A stretch of 32,952 bases of DNA from Jimgerdemannia flammicorona (lineage: Eukaryota), in assembly GCA_003990765.1 (NCBI GenBank), contig RBNJ01000326.1, positions 1-32,952 on the forward strand, given 5' to 3'. Under the pieces are notes generated by a model. That model had not been told where the DNA came from. It did not search any database and saw only the letters and a program-made list of their open reading frames with translations. Position numbers and translations under genes: made by a program. Of this stretch, positions 11,801-24,172 are shown piece after piece (position 1 is the first letter of the stretch; each line of letters starts with the position of its first letter).

Positions 11801-13240
11801 CAGACGTATATTTACTCCTCTGTCTCTGCGAGCCATCATCCGGCCTATCGAGAAGAGGTTCTTACCTATATCTGGAGCATATAGTATGTCCACGAAGGTG
11901 TCTGAAGGTTCATCGACGTTTCCATATAGATATATGTCTATATTGCCTTTTCCTTGAGCATAAATGATGTTATTGTTGCCTAGCTTAATAGATATGGGAT
12001 GCTCAAACTTCTCATATGTAGAGAACCACTCTCGGTGAGCCGTCATATACTATATTGCACCCGAATCCATGAGCCAGACCTCTTTGCTGTATGCATAAGT
12101 GCTGTTCGGCATATAGCTTACATTTGCGCTGGCACTGACGTTGATGTCACTATTTTTCACTGTCTGAAAAGTGTTTTGTCGATCAGAATTTGTAGATGTT
12201 GAACTGGTGGAATTGCATCTGCAACTGGCATTGGTGGAACTGGCAGTTGGTTCTGAATTTTCTCCTATTTCAATGGTTTCTGCATATTGATAGGTCGCCG
12301 CTTCTGCGAAGAATAGACCTCTGCCACTGCTGTTTTCGTTGTTGGCATCCACCGCATTTGTCTGCCATTGTCCTTGCTGTTGGCCACCCTTTTCCTTCTT
12401 CTTGCAGTTGCAGTCCTGCTCACGATGTCCATGCTTATTACAGTAAAAGCATTTACCGTCAAATTTCTTGCATTGCTGGCCTCAACCTTTGTTCGGCTTG
12501 CCTTTGCCTTGTCCATGTACTCCACCATAGAATGCTTTCTCATCATATTCCTCATTAGCGTTGTTGCTGCCTAGTCTTGTTTCCTCATTTAAAAGGCTTG
12601 TGACGACATGCTTATAATCTGATAATCTGCTGGATTCCCTCATTGCAGCGACAACCATATTGTATGCTTCGGGAAGGCCTCATATAAGAGCCAGGACCTT
12701 GTCTTCATCCTTGATGGTGTCCGCCAGCATAGATGTAAGGGAATTCACTTGATTTGCCAGCTCATTGACTTGATTGGCATAGTCCCAGATGCTCTTCTTG
12801 GACTTAATTCGAAGATTGAATAGTTGCGCCTTTAAGTGGAATCTGTTTGGTGTGGATGCCTGTTGATGGTGATTGTGTAAAATCTTCCAGGCTTCATTCG
12901 CCATCATAGCATTGATTACCAGCTTCATTTGCGCATTCGAAAGGGTGAACATAATCTCCCTTAGCACTTTGCAATCTTTCGTGGCATTGTATATCATTAC
13001 TTGCACCTGTGGCTTCCAGTAGTCCTCCAAACCACATTCTTCTAGGAGATTCTTCATATAGTACACCCATATGGTATAGTCCTTATCATTAAAGACAGGA
13101 ATCATCCTCTTTACCATTGACATTGGCACCACTGCCGGAATGTTCATCGTTATGGAAGCGAAACCCATTCCGGCTGTGTTTGTGTTTGTGTTACCAGAAC
13201 TTGGCAGCGCGCTGCTAGCACTGCTTAAACTAGTAGCCAT
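8805..13240 (-). pseudogene. gag-pol: Copia gag-pol polyprotein (stops and frameshifts)
   Basis: gag ORF 12680-13240; knuckle CFYCNKHGHREQDC (~12410-12450); protease WLMDSGA; GAG-pre-integrase WHERLG; IN LDLIHMDICGPM..APYTPQQNGV; RT MDVKTAFLNG..LYGIKQA; RNase H DADWASDLDDRRSTTGY..KHIDIQHHFI. Confidence 0.96.
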
Positions 13241-13291
13241 TGTATAGCATAGTGTAGCATATGTGTAAGAGGGGTGTATAGCTGCTAAGTG

Positions 13292-13303
13292 GGGCTCATA
13301 ATC
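13292..13303 (-). promoter_or_regulatory. Copia primer-binding site, internal (half) tRNA-iMet type
   Basis: GATTATGAGCCC lies 3 nt after the LTR and is one transition from GGTTATGAGCCC, the complement of the tRNA-iMet anticodon arm GGGCTCATAACC. Confidence 0.8.
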
Positions 13304-13306
13304 TTT

Positions 13307-13616
13307 TGTTGTGGAATACTTGGAATGGAGGGAGAAGCGTTCTGTTTATTGCTAATTCTTATGCACTTTTACGCATCACAATTAGTGATGTTTACATGAT
13401 GACGTAGTCAAGGAAGGCTGCGCCACCATATATCAAGTTGTAACCTATATATTTCAATACTTTTGTTGTGGAATACTTGGAATGGAGGGAGCAACATTCT
13501 GTTTATTGCTAATTCTTATGTGCTTTTACACATCGCAATTAGTGACATTTACATGATGACATAGTCAAGGAAGGCTGCGCCACCATATATTGAGTTGTAA
13601 CCTACATATTTCAATA
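13307..13616 (-). repeat. Two tandem Copia LTRs (13307-13459, 13464-13616) separated by CTTT
   Basis: Direct ungapped alignment of the two copies. Confidence 0.97.
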
Positions 13617-14679
13617 CATCTTGTATCAATCTCTGAAAGATTGATAATACATTGGTGAGACCAAATAGTATAACTAAAAATTCTCATTAACTATAGCATA
13701 TCTTAAAGGCAGTTTTGGAAATATCTTCTTCCTTGATATAAACTTGATGATAATTAGTATAGATATCCAATTTGAAAAAGACCTTGATATATAGAATTCT
13801 GTTCAATGTTTTATCTATTCTTAATAATAGATATTAGTTCTTAACTGTAATCTTGTTGAGAATATAGTAGTTAATATATATTTACATAGTACTATCCTTT
13901 TTCTTAATAAAAAGAATAGGTATATTATAGAGTGATTTGCTCAGTTGAATATGTTCTTTAGTAGCTAGGTCTTCTAGTTCCTTTTAAAGAAGTTCTAATT
14001 TAGATTGTAACATAGAATATAGCAACTTATGTAGAGGTTCAGAGTCTGGGAGAATTTTTATTTTATAATCTATACTCCTTTTAAGTGGTAGTTCTATAGA
14101 TAGATTATTTAGAAAAATGTCCTTAAATTCTTGAACCAGAAGTTGGACTGCCTTTGGAAGATTCTTTTCTATTTCTGACTTTGAGGATTATATGATTGCT
14201 AAAAATACTTAAAAAGCTTCTTAAATTAGATTGCTGATATGGTTTCTACTGATACTTTTGTAGACTTCTTTACTTCCAGTGTGACCTTCTTTTCTTCTTA
14301 GTTTAGCATAAGCTTGCTTTCTCTCTAATTAATATAACAGTTATGCAGTGCTAACTAGAGTTTTTTCAGAATAATATAGTATCCTTATAGAGATATAATA
14401 TAGAGATTCAATTTTTTTGAAATACTCTTATATTATATAGAGCAACTTGGCTGCTATTCTGTTAACTTGATATTCTTTTCCATCAGCTATAGCAATCTTG
14501 AACTCTACTTATTATAGTAGACTAATAGAGATAATCTTCAGTTTCTTTACTAGTTCTTTACTAATAAAGTTATCAGATATACTACTATTGATAAATATCT
14601 ATTTCTCATCTTTTGACTTTTTCTTTAAATAGTAGTAGGCTGATATTGATGATACTGATATTCTCCTTATAGCTTATAC

Positions 14680-15081
14680 TTCCAGTACTTCTAAATCCTT
14701 TAGTGCTCTAAGTAGTTCCTTCTAGGTTTGTAACTTCCTTAATTTCCAGTACCTTGACTTGTTCTAGGATTAGTTGTACAACTCAGTCTTACTTCTTGAT
14801 TTCAAAAAGTTATATATTATTATTAATTAGTAGTACTTTGATTTCTCTATAATAATCTGGATCAATTACTCCTATATCTAGTTTAGTGTAGTATTTGGTA
14901 CTAAGATCTGATTATGGTACAATTCTTCTATAATATCCTTTGAGTATCTGTATAGCTAGCCCAATAGCAATAAGTTGTATGAATTATTATATCTTAAATG
15001 GCTGCTAGATTTAACTCAATTGCTTCTGAAGTTTTTTACTTCTAGTATAATGATATCAGAATATAGTTTTTGAACTATCAG
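14680..15081 (-). pseudogene. dut: dUTPase domain of Gypsy A, between gag and protease
   Basis: Manual translation GLAIQILKGYYRRIVP*SDLS..DIGVIDPDYYREIKVLLIN..FEIKK*D*VVQLILEQ..T*STKGFRSTG matches trimeric dUTPase motifs 2-5. Not in the ORF track. Confidence 0.9.
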
Positions 15082-16089
15082 ATATACTTATTCAGTTTGA
15101 GTAATGGGTATTACTATTTTCTTTTTAGTAATAGACAGGGCCTTCTTTATTTCTATCTTATCCTTAGTCTTCTTTGGGTATTTAGCTACAATATATTCTT
15201 CTTCTTAGTAATAAAAACAGACTTTACTCTTATATAGTTTTTTCTTTTCTTCTGATGTGAGTCTTGATTTAGTTATAGTATCCAAATCTATTAGAGTGGA
15301 TCCTACAACCTTTTTGAGTTGTCTATATTTTTGTTGGAGCTTCTTGGATTATTTAGAGAAATAGTTTCTTCTAAAAGAGATTATATCAAAGCAGTCAGCA
15401 ATTAATATTGCATCTTTGATAGTATTTAGATCTCATAGTTCTACTTCTCATCTAGTGCAATTCTTGAGTCCTCATATATATCTATTAAGCTTTTCAGCTT
15501 TATTAATATTGTTGATCTCTAAAGCTATATTCATAAAGATAGCAATATAGGCCTTAACTAATCCTATTTATCACAGAGATACTAATTTGTCTCTAGCTAT
15601 CTTTTTTGAGTTGATGGGCTTGAACTACTATATAAGTTAGTCTTGAAACTTATCCTAGTCTGAGAGTTCTTTCTTCTTGTCTCTGGCTATTTGGACTTTT
15701 GTTTTCTACTAAATAACTGTATCTTCTTATAGTAGTACTCTTATATAAGTAACTGACTCCTCATTTGATATATTCATTATTGCTAAGTACTGGTTCATAT
15801 TGAAGAACTAAGTTTCAATATCACTACTTTTTCTATTGTAAAGTTTAGATAGTGGTAACTTAAGATAAGTCTTCTTATCTATAGTAGAGAGACCTACTAT
15901 TAGTTCTTTGTCTTTGAAATCTGATATTATCTCTATTACTTATATCTTCACTTGTATCTCTTAGTAGGTCTATATTAGCTATATTATTTATTCTTAGAGC
16001 TATTATATATTTTCTACAGAGGTCATAATGTTAAAAATGGTTTATACTAGTAAGAAGGTGAGATTTAATTTTTTTTCGCTACTATCAAT

Positions 16090-16612
16090 TATAATAAGCA
16101 TTTATATTATAGAATAATTATGCTTATTAAAGTACAAGAGTACTTTGATATAGTTAAGTTAGATAAAATCTGAGACTTAGACTATACATCAGCAAATATC
16201 CAAATAGAAATATATAACTAAATATAAGAAATCGAACTGAGAAGTTCAATTGCCTTCAGAAGATTCAAGTAACTATATAATAACTAATTAGACTGAGCTT
16301 TATTGAAGTATTCAGAAGGGGTATTTATATAAGAGAAATAGAAAAAAAAAGAAACTAATAGAATATTTACTAAGCTAAATGCTGGGCAATAAGTTATACT
16401 TAGTAGAACTTAGTAGAATATTATAGAGAGTTACTAAGTATCAATTAGTAATTAATGAAATCTTAGTAGAACTATTTGGAAAACAGGTTCTTGGTAAATG
16501 ACTAAGTACTTCTATACTATTCTAAGCTATTCTGGAATATTCTACTGAGTAATATAATAAAGAAAAGATAATAATTTGACAAAATAAAAATAAAATATAG
16601 AGAATTATTACA
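16090..16612 (-). repeat. 5' LTR of Gypsy A
   Basis: Matches 5547-6069; contains TATA-like TATATAAATACCCC on the minus strand (~16331-16318); followed by the PBS. Confidence 0.93.
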
Positions 16613-16617
16613 ATAAG

Positions 16618-17031
16618 TCTCTGGAAATTCCTACAGAATTTCTAACTAGTAATTATAGTTACTCAAAGTAGTATAATTATATATAGATATATCCAGTATA
16701 CTATATTTTGTCATAGTCTTCAAATATATATAAATACTCTCTATACTGAGTATATTGTAACCTCAGATTCACTTTTTCTAAATATAAGAATAAAGTAGTA
16801 TTTTTATCACAAAAAACTATCAGATCTGACTTATTAATAATTCTGAGCCTAATTAACTTAGAATATAAGCATGGCCTTTCCACCAGTACAAGAACTTGAA
16901 AGTAATATCTGAACTCTGCCATAATAAGAAATTGGAACTCAGTACTTCCTTAAGAGCTTAAAACTTATGACCAATAGTTACTATTGATTATCTGCAATAT
17001 ATTAATTTAATCAGTATATAGTTTTATTATA
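16618..17031 (+). repeat. Main part of the 5' LTR of Gypsy B (first 29 bp at 5518-5546)
   Basis: Collinear with 23557-24003. Confidence 0.92.
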
Positions 17032-17139
17032 ATTTGATAGTAGCAGAAGTTACTCTCCACTTATGAGTAATCTTTTTTCAAAGAATCTACTATAGACAAT
17101 CAGAACCAGTCAATATTACTAATATTATTAGTAATAATT

Positions 17140-20100
17140 AAGATGCATCTTTACTCTAAATACTTCCTAGACTCAAGCCAAAGAATTTAATAGAATTATT
17201 ACCAAGTAGACTGAAATCTATATCAGTGAAGAGGAGTTTGACAAACTCAATAACAAAACCATTCAAGAAGTATTCAACACTTTCCTCACACTTAATAAAG
17301 AAGTCTCCTATACTCTTGAACTTAAGAAGAAATTCAACAAGCTAGTCAGTAGTCACTTTTATAAGAAATATATTTAAGAATCCATTGAGGCTACAAGTAA
17401 ACATTTCCTGAACCTCATCCTGAATAATTGCTACTATAAAGTCAAGACATTTCTAAACTATAAGAGATACTATACCTATTAAAAGAAATTCTACTTCTAT
17501 TACTAAATTCTCTATACATAAATAAGAATAATCTAGCAATAATAACTATAAACTATTAGACTTAGTAAGACCCCCACTACATTATCTAGACCTAGGAGAA
17601 TAATTGAAGAAATACCTAAATCTGATATTGGTGACCCTAGTACTATTATAGAATTACTTCTAGGATATTAAGCCTATTAAAAATTACAGCAGATTTAACA
17701 GTTACTTATCAAAATCACCAGTCTATAGACTCACCTACCTCAGTAATATTATAGAAGAATTAATCTCAAATTATGATCAATACATCATAACAATAGAAAA
17801 AGAACTCTAACTATCTCACTAAATAGATGATAGTAACAGCAGAATAATATTAGCAGATAATAAGATAGCAGTATTGGCTGATTAAGTAGCTATACTCACT
17901 CAAGTCCTTTGCCTTAATATTGAAATAAACAAGTCCATAAAAAGCCTCTATCTCTTCCTATTTGAAGATAAAGTAGACTAAGTAATAATATCATAAGACA
18001 AGTTGAGACCAATTATTATACCAATAGTTGGAATGATAATTAAAACCCAGACAGTACTCTCAATAATAATAAATACTATAAGAAGATTGAAGATCTCTAT
18101 ATAACTACAGGCTTATAAATAGAGAAGATTGTCACATACTTTATAGATAAAGCTGCCTAATGATAACACAATCTACCAGTATATCTCCTTATCTGAGAAA
18201 CTTATGCTGAAATTAATATAAGTAAAAAAGATGATAATCACCCTAACTATGAAGCCTATTTAGCTACCATAGGTCTAAAGGAGCTAATTATTCAGTAGTT
18301 CCATAGCTCTGCCCCATATTGCCAAAGTCAGGATCAAGCTTAAAAACTTATAATTCTATAATGATGGAAAAGAAGCATTTGCTATAAGACTGAATACTAT
18401 AGGAGCAGAATATAGCTAGTGAGAACAGACTATAAATAGAATCCAAGCTACTTATTTCTTCAATACTATCTCTGAGTAGTTATTAGAAAAAATCTATAAA
18501 TAAGAATAATCTTATAATTGTCTATATAAGTAATGATATCTAGAACAAACTGTTATCAGAACATATACTATCCTTATAGCTTAAAGACCAAGAGACAATA
18601 GAAATAATAACAAAGAAGACAAATAATACCAATTTGAGAAAAAGTATAAATTCTGAAATGAGTCCTCAAGACTATAAGAAGAATTCAAGAAACTATCTAA
18701 TAAGAAAATAGAAGAACTCATAAAGAAGAGAGAATATATATCTCATGAATGCTCTGATAAGAAGACCAATATAAATAAAGAACTATCCCCCTCATATACT
18801 GTCACTATAATAGAAAGAAATCTCTGAGAAAATCAAGATCAAGAGATTCTATATTATCTTAAAGATCTTAGATAAAGTATATAAATCTAATACTAGCTAT
18901 AATCTCTACTCTAGTATGGAAGTAATCATCAAACCAGACAAGTAAGCAACTATTAGCACAGATATTAAAATAGAAGTTTCTAAAGAAATCTATATCTGAC
19001 TTATAGAAAGAAGTAGTCTGACAAAAGAAGAGAGACTCTATATAGCTAGAGAAGTAGTAGACTAAGGATTCAAAGATGAGATCAAGATCCTACTATATAA
19101 TACTGGACAAAAGACCATTGAAATCATATATGGAAAATAAATCACCTAAGTCATTATCAAAGTGATATATAATAATCTTGAAGTAGAAGAAATAAATGAA
19201 CTGTTACCTTCTGAAAGAGAAGAAAAAGCTTTTGGATCAACAGAAAAGCACTCTGATAAAGCCAAGGAGAAGACTAGTATAGAAGATTATCTAAATTGAA
19301 GAACCTCAAAACTGAGGCCAGAAATAGTATTAGTACATTACTGATAGATATATTTCTATAAGATAAAGGATAATACTCTCACAGAATCAAGATATACTAT
19401 TTCAAATATATGAGAATACATTCCATATATCCTTGAATCTAAGTATAAACTAATATTTCTGGAATAATGAGATAAAGAAATTAAGAACATCAATGATGAA
19501 GATAGAGAAATATAAGATTGAAAAGAAGAAACTACTCTAGAAGCAATTACTATCTGGTAAGAAACTAATATAGAATATATGAAAACTCTGTTGAAGTTCT
19601 TATTGACAGTAGAGTAAGTAAGTACTACCTTGATAATGAAACTACTAACAAATTTGACCTCAATATATAGAGGAATCTAGACTATATTCAGAAATAGAAC
19701 AATACAGAAACTCTCTAAGATATATACTTCTATAACTTGATGACTATACCACAAGACAAACCTTCTATATCACATACCTCTCTAGATATAACCTCATTTT
19801 TGAAAAATCTTGGCTTACTCAGAAAAATCTCCATATTAATTGGCAAATTAATTTAATCTCTCTAAGAGATATCAAGTTACAATCTAAGTATACTAAGAAG
19901 AAACCAAAGCCCAGATGCAATATTATCTCTACTATCCAGATGAAGAAGCTGATTCAAAAACCAGACTAGCATATCTATATATATAGTTAAGGAAATCTCA
20001 GAAGAAGTGATGAAGAACTCTCCAAACTTCTAAAGGATAAAGTTGATGAGAAAGACAACCTCTAAGAACTACTCAAGGAATATGAAGATGTTTTCCAAGA

Positions 20101-22900
20101 AGCTCAAGAACTACCACTAATCTGAGTAGTAGAATATAGTATTAAGACTATCTTTAGTTCAGACCCTCCCTACTATAGAATCTATTGACTAGCTCAATTT
20201 GAGTTAGATACTTGAGAAATAACTAGTAGAATTAACAAGCAAAGGCCTCATCTATATATTAAAATCACTATATGGTATACTAATCCTCTTTGTCTACAAA
20301 AAGGATAGAAGTCTCTATATATATATTAATTACTGAGTACTCAACAAGATCTCAATTAAGAACTAATATATACTCTTAAGAATTGATGAACTATTTGACC
20401 AAATATATAAGATCAAGACCTTCTCACATATTAACCTCATATCCAGATATCATCAAATCTGTATCAAAGAAGAAGATATTCCTAAGACAGCCTTTTAAAT
20501 AAGATTTGAATATTATAAATTCTGTATGATACCATTCAGTCTCACCAATGTATCAGCAATCTTTCAAATACTAATAAATGTCATTTTTTGAAAGTATCTC
20601 AGAGTTTTTATTCTGGTCTATCTGGACAATATTCTGGTATATAATATAAGTAACATCATTCACTAATAATATCTATAAATAGTTTTTGACATACTCTATA
20701 AATATAAACTCTCAGTAAAAAAAAAAAAAACATACTATTTCCTTAAAAAAGAAATTGAATTCCTAGGACATATTATCTCAGAAAATAGTATTACTATTAA
20801 CTCTAAAAAGACTTAAGCAATCTACAATTAGCTCATTTTAAAGACTCTCAAGTCTCTATGAGGATTCAATGGACTAGCAGGATATTATAGAAGATTTATT
20901 TAAGGATTTTCTATAATTATCACCTCACTTACAAGCCTTGCTAAAAAAGGAGTCAATATTAAAAAAGAATAGACAAAAGCATATACTATAACTATGAATA
21001 TCCTTAAGAGAATACTGACTGATATACTAATCTTGATTAGTTCCAACTTAATAAGACTCTTTGTATTTACTACTAATGCTTCAAACATTACTATCAGAGC
21101 TATTATAACTTAATATAAATACCCTATTATCTACCTGTCTCAGAAACTCAATAAATATATAAAAAAAAACTATACTATATAAGATAAAGAACTTCTTACT
21201 ATTATCTAATCTTTGCAAGTATGGAGATATTTCTTTTTTAATAAAATGTTCATCTTATAGACTAACTATTAAGCTCTTTAATATATCTAAATATAGCTAA
21301 TTTTTACAGAAAGACAGGTCTGATAGATATAGATTCTTATACTCTTTAATATTAAAATCAAACATATTACTAGAACTAAGAATAAAGTAACTAATACACT
21401 TTCCTGAAGTACTTAGAAAGATAACCTCACTATAATTAGCAAAATCATTATCAGCTTATTTGAAGAAGTTAAGAAAGAGTATACTAAAGATGTCAATATA
21501 TAAGAAATCACTAAACAAATTCTCAAAGAAGGTAGCAATATTATGAAAAAGGTCTATAAGAATATATATGTTAAAAATAGATATATATATATACTTTGAC
21601 AATACAAGAATCTGGGTCTCTGATACTTCTATCTACTTATGAATCCTATAAGACTATATGATATATCTATTGTTATATATATGGGTTTTGATAAAACATA
21701 TGTACCACACATTGCCCAAGACTTCTACTAACTCAAAATAATATATGATATCAAGAATTATATCATATCCTATGATATCTACTAAAGATATAAGTCTAGT
21801 AACTAGATACTAGCTAGTACTCTATAACTACTACTAATTTCTACCTAAAATTAGAACTATATTGAAATAGACTCTATTATCTAGTTGCCAAAAACCAAGA
21901 AGAAAAGAGATGTAATTATCATCTTTGTCAATTGCCTCAGCAAGCAGACTTACTTTATTATAATGACCACTACTACAATAGTGCTAGAAACAATATAGCT
22001 GTTTATTAATAATGTGTTCTGTCTTATAAACTACCATCAGCAATTTTCTTAGACTGAGATACAAAGTTTATAAGAAACTTTTAGTAAGTACTCTTCAAGA
22101 TCCTAGAAGTATAACTGAAAATATCTATAGCATACTATCTATAAATAGATGGTCAGATAGAAAGAACCAATCAAATCTTAAAGTAGAACTTAGCATTTAT
22201 TATAGCTATAAGTAAAACAATTAGGATGAAAAGCTGACTTTAGTTGAATTTGTATATAACAACTCAAGTACAAGTATTAAGATGATACTATTCTATCTGA
22301 ACTATGGATAATATCTATGAACTCCTATAGTTACTATCCAAACTATAATACTAGCTATATAAGGAATTACTAATACTATATAAAATAATATTCAATAAGT
22401 ATATAAGAGATACTCTCATAGAAGTATAAAGAATACAAATAGTATATACTAAAAAAAAACAGGAAGAATAAGTATTACTAGCACTTAACACCTAACTCTG
22501 AATAACACAGACTCCAAAAAGAAGCTTGGATCTTATTACATTAGAGCATTCAAGATCTTCAAAAAATATGAACCTGTTGTATATAAGTTGGACCTTCTGA
22601 CAATACTAGGAAGAATTCACCCAGTGTTTTATATATCTCAACTTCAGTTATATACTCCAAACACTTTCAAAGGAAGAATTATGCCACTCTCAAATCTAGT
22701 AATTATTGATCAACATTCAGAATATGAAGTAGATTACATTCTAAATTATAAGGATTACTAATTTGGACAAGCTATCAAACCCACTCAGTACTATCTTATA
22801 AAATAGAAAAGATATCTTAAGTATAATACTACCCGTAAAAAGAGGACAATCTTTTACCAAATGTAGAAGAAGCAGTAATCTGATATAGATATCTGATATA
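17140..22900 (+). pseudogene. gag-pol: gag-pol of Gypsy B, heavily mutated
   Basis: Protease VEVLIDSRVS (from DSG, ~19600); RT KDRSLYIYINY*VLNK..RIDELFD and VYLDNILVY (20616); RNase H FVFTTNASN (~21060); IN ~21650-22450; chromodomain EYEVDYIL..YLIK*KRY (22720-22830). The 5' boundary is approximate. Confidence 0.88.
18845..19245 (+). pseudogene. dut: dUTPase domain of Gypsy B, between gag and protease
   Basis: One frame from 18898 reads YNLYSS..ERSSLTK..AREVVD*GFKDEIKILLYN..IT*VII..SEREEKAFGSTE, matching motifs 1-5 (GYDL, RSGL, GGVVD.GF.GEI, IAQ, RG..AFGSTG) after reversing transitions. Confidence 0.88.
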
Positions 22901-23527
22901 ATGAAAATTCTAACAGAATTTCTGAAAGACAGTTATATCTCTAAATAACTCTAGTGAAAAGAAGTATAAATATCCTAAAACAATTCTATATAGATAACTC
23001 ACCCCTCTTTCAATATAAGTACTCAGTAATGATATTAAGAAAAAGTCAAGAATAAGATTACTACTATTATTTTTAGAGCAATCAAATACTAATAGAATTC
23101 CACTGAATCACTATCTATCAATATATGAATCTCTGGAGACTCTGATCCAAATAAAGTCCAATAATATCTTAGAAGGATTCAATACTTTTAGGCTTTCTGC
23201 TACTAATAAGAACTTAAGGAGTACTATAAGATAGAATATCTCATCTATCAATAAGCTACCCTCAGTATTGTCAAATAACAAGCCTATTTTTTTTTATTAA
23301 TAACTATACTTATATAGTTGCCAAAAGACTCTATGTTTTTTTCTACACCTAACTCTAAGTCCTCAACTATCTTTAAGAAGTATCCTCTGAGAATATTGTT
23401 AATTTGAATGATGAACAATAGAGCAAAATTATTTTTCAAGTAGTTCAGTATACTGTTCTTCAATTTGATAAATATCTAAAGTTTAGTACTAAGTCTAATG
23501 AGTAGGCTCAAGCAAAGAAAAGAAGGA

Positions 23528-24003
23528 TGTAACAAATTATTATATATGTTTACAAGTCTCTGGAAATTCTGATAGAAATTTCTATAGAAATTTCTATGAA
23601 ATTTTCAACTAATAGTTATAGTTATTCAAAGTAGTATAATTATATAGATATACTCAGTATATTATATTTAGTCATAGTCTTCTAATATATATATAAATAT
23701 TCAATATATTGAGTATATTATAACCTCAGCTCTACTTTCTTCAAATATAAGAATAAAAAGAATAAAGCAGTATTTTTATTATAAAAAATCCTCAGATCTG
23801 ATTTATTAATAATTCTGAGTCTGATTAACTTAGAATAAAAATATGGTCTTTTCACCAGTATAAGAACCTAAAAGTAATATCTGGACTTTGCTACAATAGA
23901 CAATTAGAACTCAGTACTTCCTCAAGAACTCAAATCTTAGAGTCAATAGTTACTATTAATTATTTGCAATATATTAATTCTATTAGGATATAGATTTACC
24001 ACA
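23528..24003 (+). repeat. 3' LTR of Gypsy B
   Basis: TG..CA termini, preceded by PPT AAAGAAAAGAAGGA and followed by TSD ATATT. Confidence 0.93.
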
Positions 24004-24172
24004 ATATTACTATAAAGTTATAAAATTAATTAAATGTTTATTAATAAATAATAATAATAATATATTCATTAAACTATAAAAAATAATTAAATAGGTTTGA
24101 ACTTACTATAATATAATTCTATAATATTGATAATTAATATTAAAAGTAAAAATAGTAAGTATTAATATATAT

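Larger units (their letters stand above)
8395..13616 (-). mobile_element. Ty1/Copia LTR retrotransposon with an extra, tandem LTR at its 5' end; inserted in the RT of Gypsy A
   Basis: 153-bp LTRs at 8395-8547, 13307-13459 and 13464-13616. TSD CATCT at 8390-8394 and 13617-13621. PPT TTGAGTGGGAG at 8558-8548. Domain order gag-PR-IN-RT-RH. Confidence 0.97.
6100..16026 (-). pseudogene. gag-pol: gag-pol of Gypsy A (gag, CCHC knuckle, dUTPase, PR, RT split by Copia, RNase H, IN, chromodomain)
   Basis: ATG at 16026. Degenerate knuckle CFYY*EEEYIVAKYP (~15200); protease IFINSSISDNFIS (from DSG, ~14580); RT FIIIYLDDILIF (~8350); RNase H KQRYTTYKKELLTI (ORF 7702-8052); IN Zn-finger region (ORF 7277-7531). 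Confidence 0.9.
5547..16612 (-). mobile_element. Ty3/Gypsy chromoviral LTR retrotransposon A (degenerate, full length); interrupted by a Copia element
   Basis: LTRs at 5547-6069 and 16090-16612 (523 bp each). TSD ATAAG at 5542-5546 and 16613-16617. PBS-like TGATAGTAGCG at 16087-16077; PPT AAGAGAGAA abuts 6069. Confidence 0.95.
5518..24003 (+). mobile_element. Ty3/Gypsy chromoviral LTR retrotransposon B (degenerate, full length); 5' LTR interrupted by element A
   Basis: 5' LTR = 5518-5546 + 16618-17031, which aligns to the 3' LTR 23528-24003 (TGTAAC..ACCACA). 5-bp TSD ATATT at 5513-5517 and 24004-24008. PBS-like TGATAGTAGCAG at 17035, PPT at 23514-23527. Internal order gag-dUT-PR-RT-RH-IN-chromodomain. 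Confidence 0.93.

Noticed and set aside
13291..13303. tRNA-Met gene fragment
   Set aside because: Only the anticodon-arm complement next to an LTR, i.e. a PBS; no cloverleaf.
5025..24172. AT-rich DNA as an organelle or endosymbiont insertion, or an alternative genetic code
   Set aside because: Explained by transition-mutated retrotransposon domains; stops replace Trp, Gln and Arg codons inconsistently.
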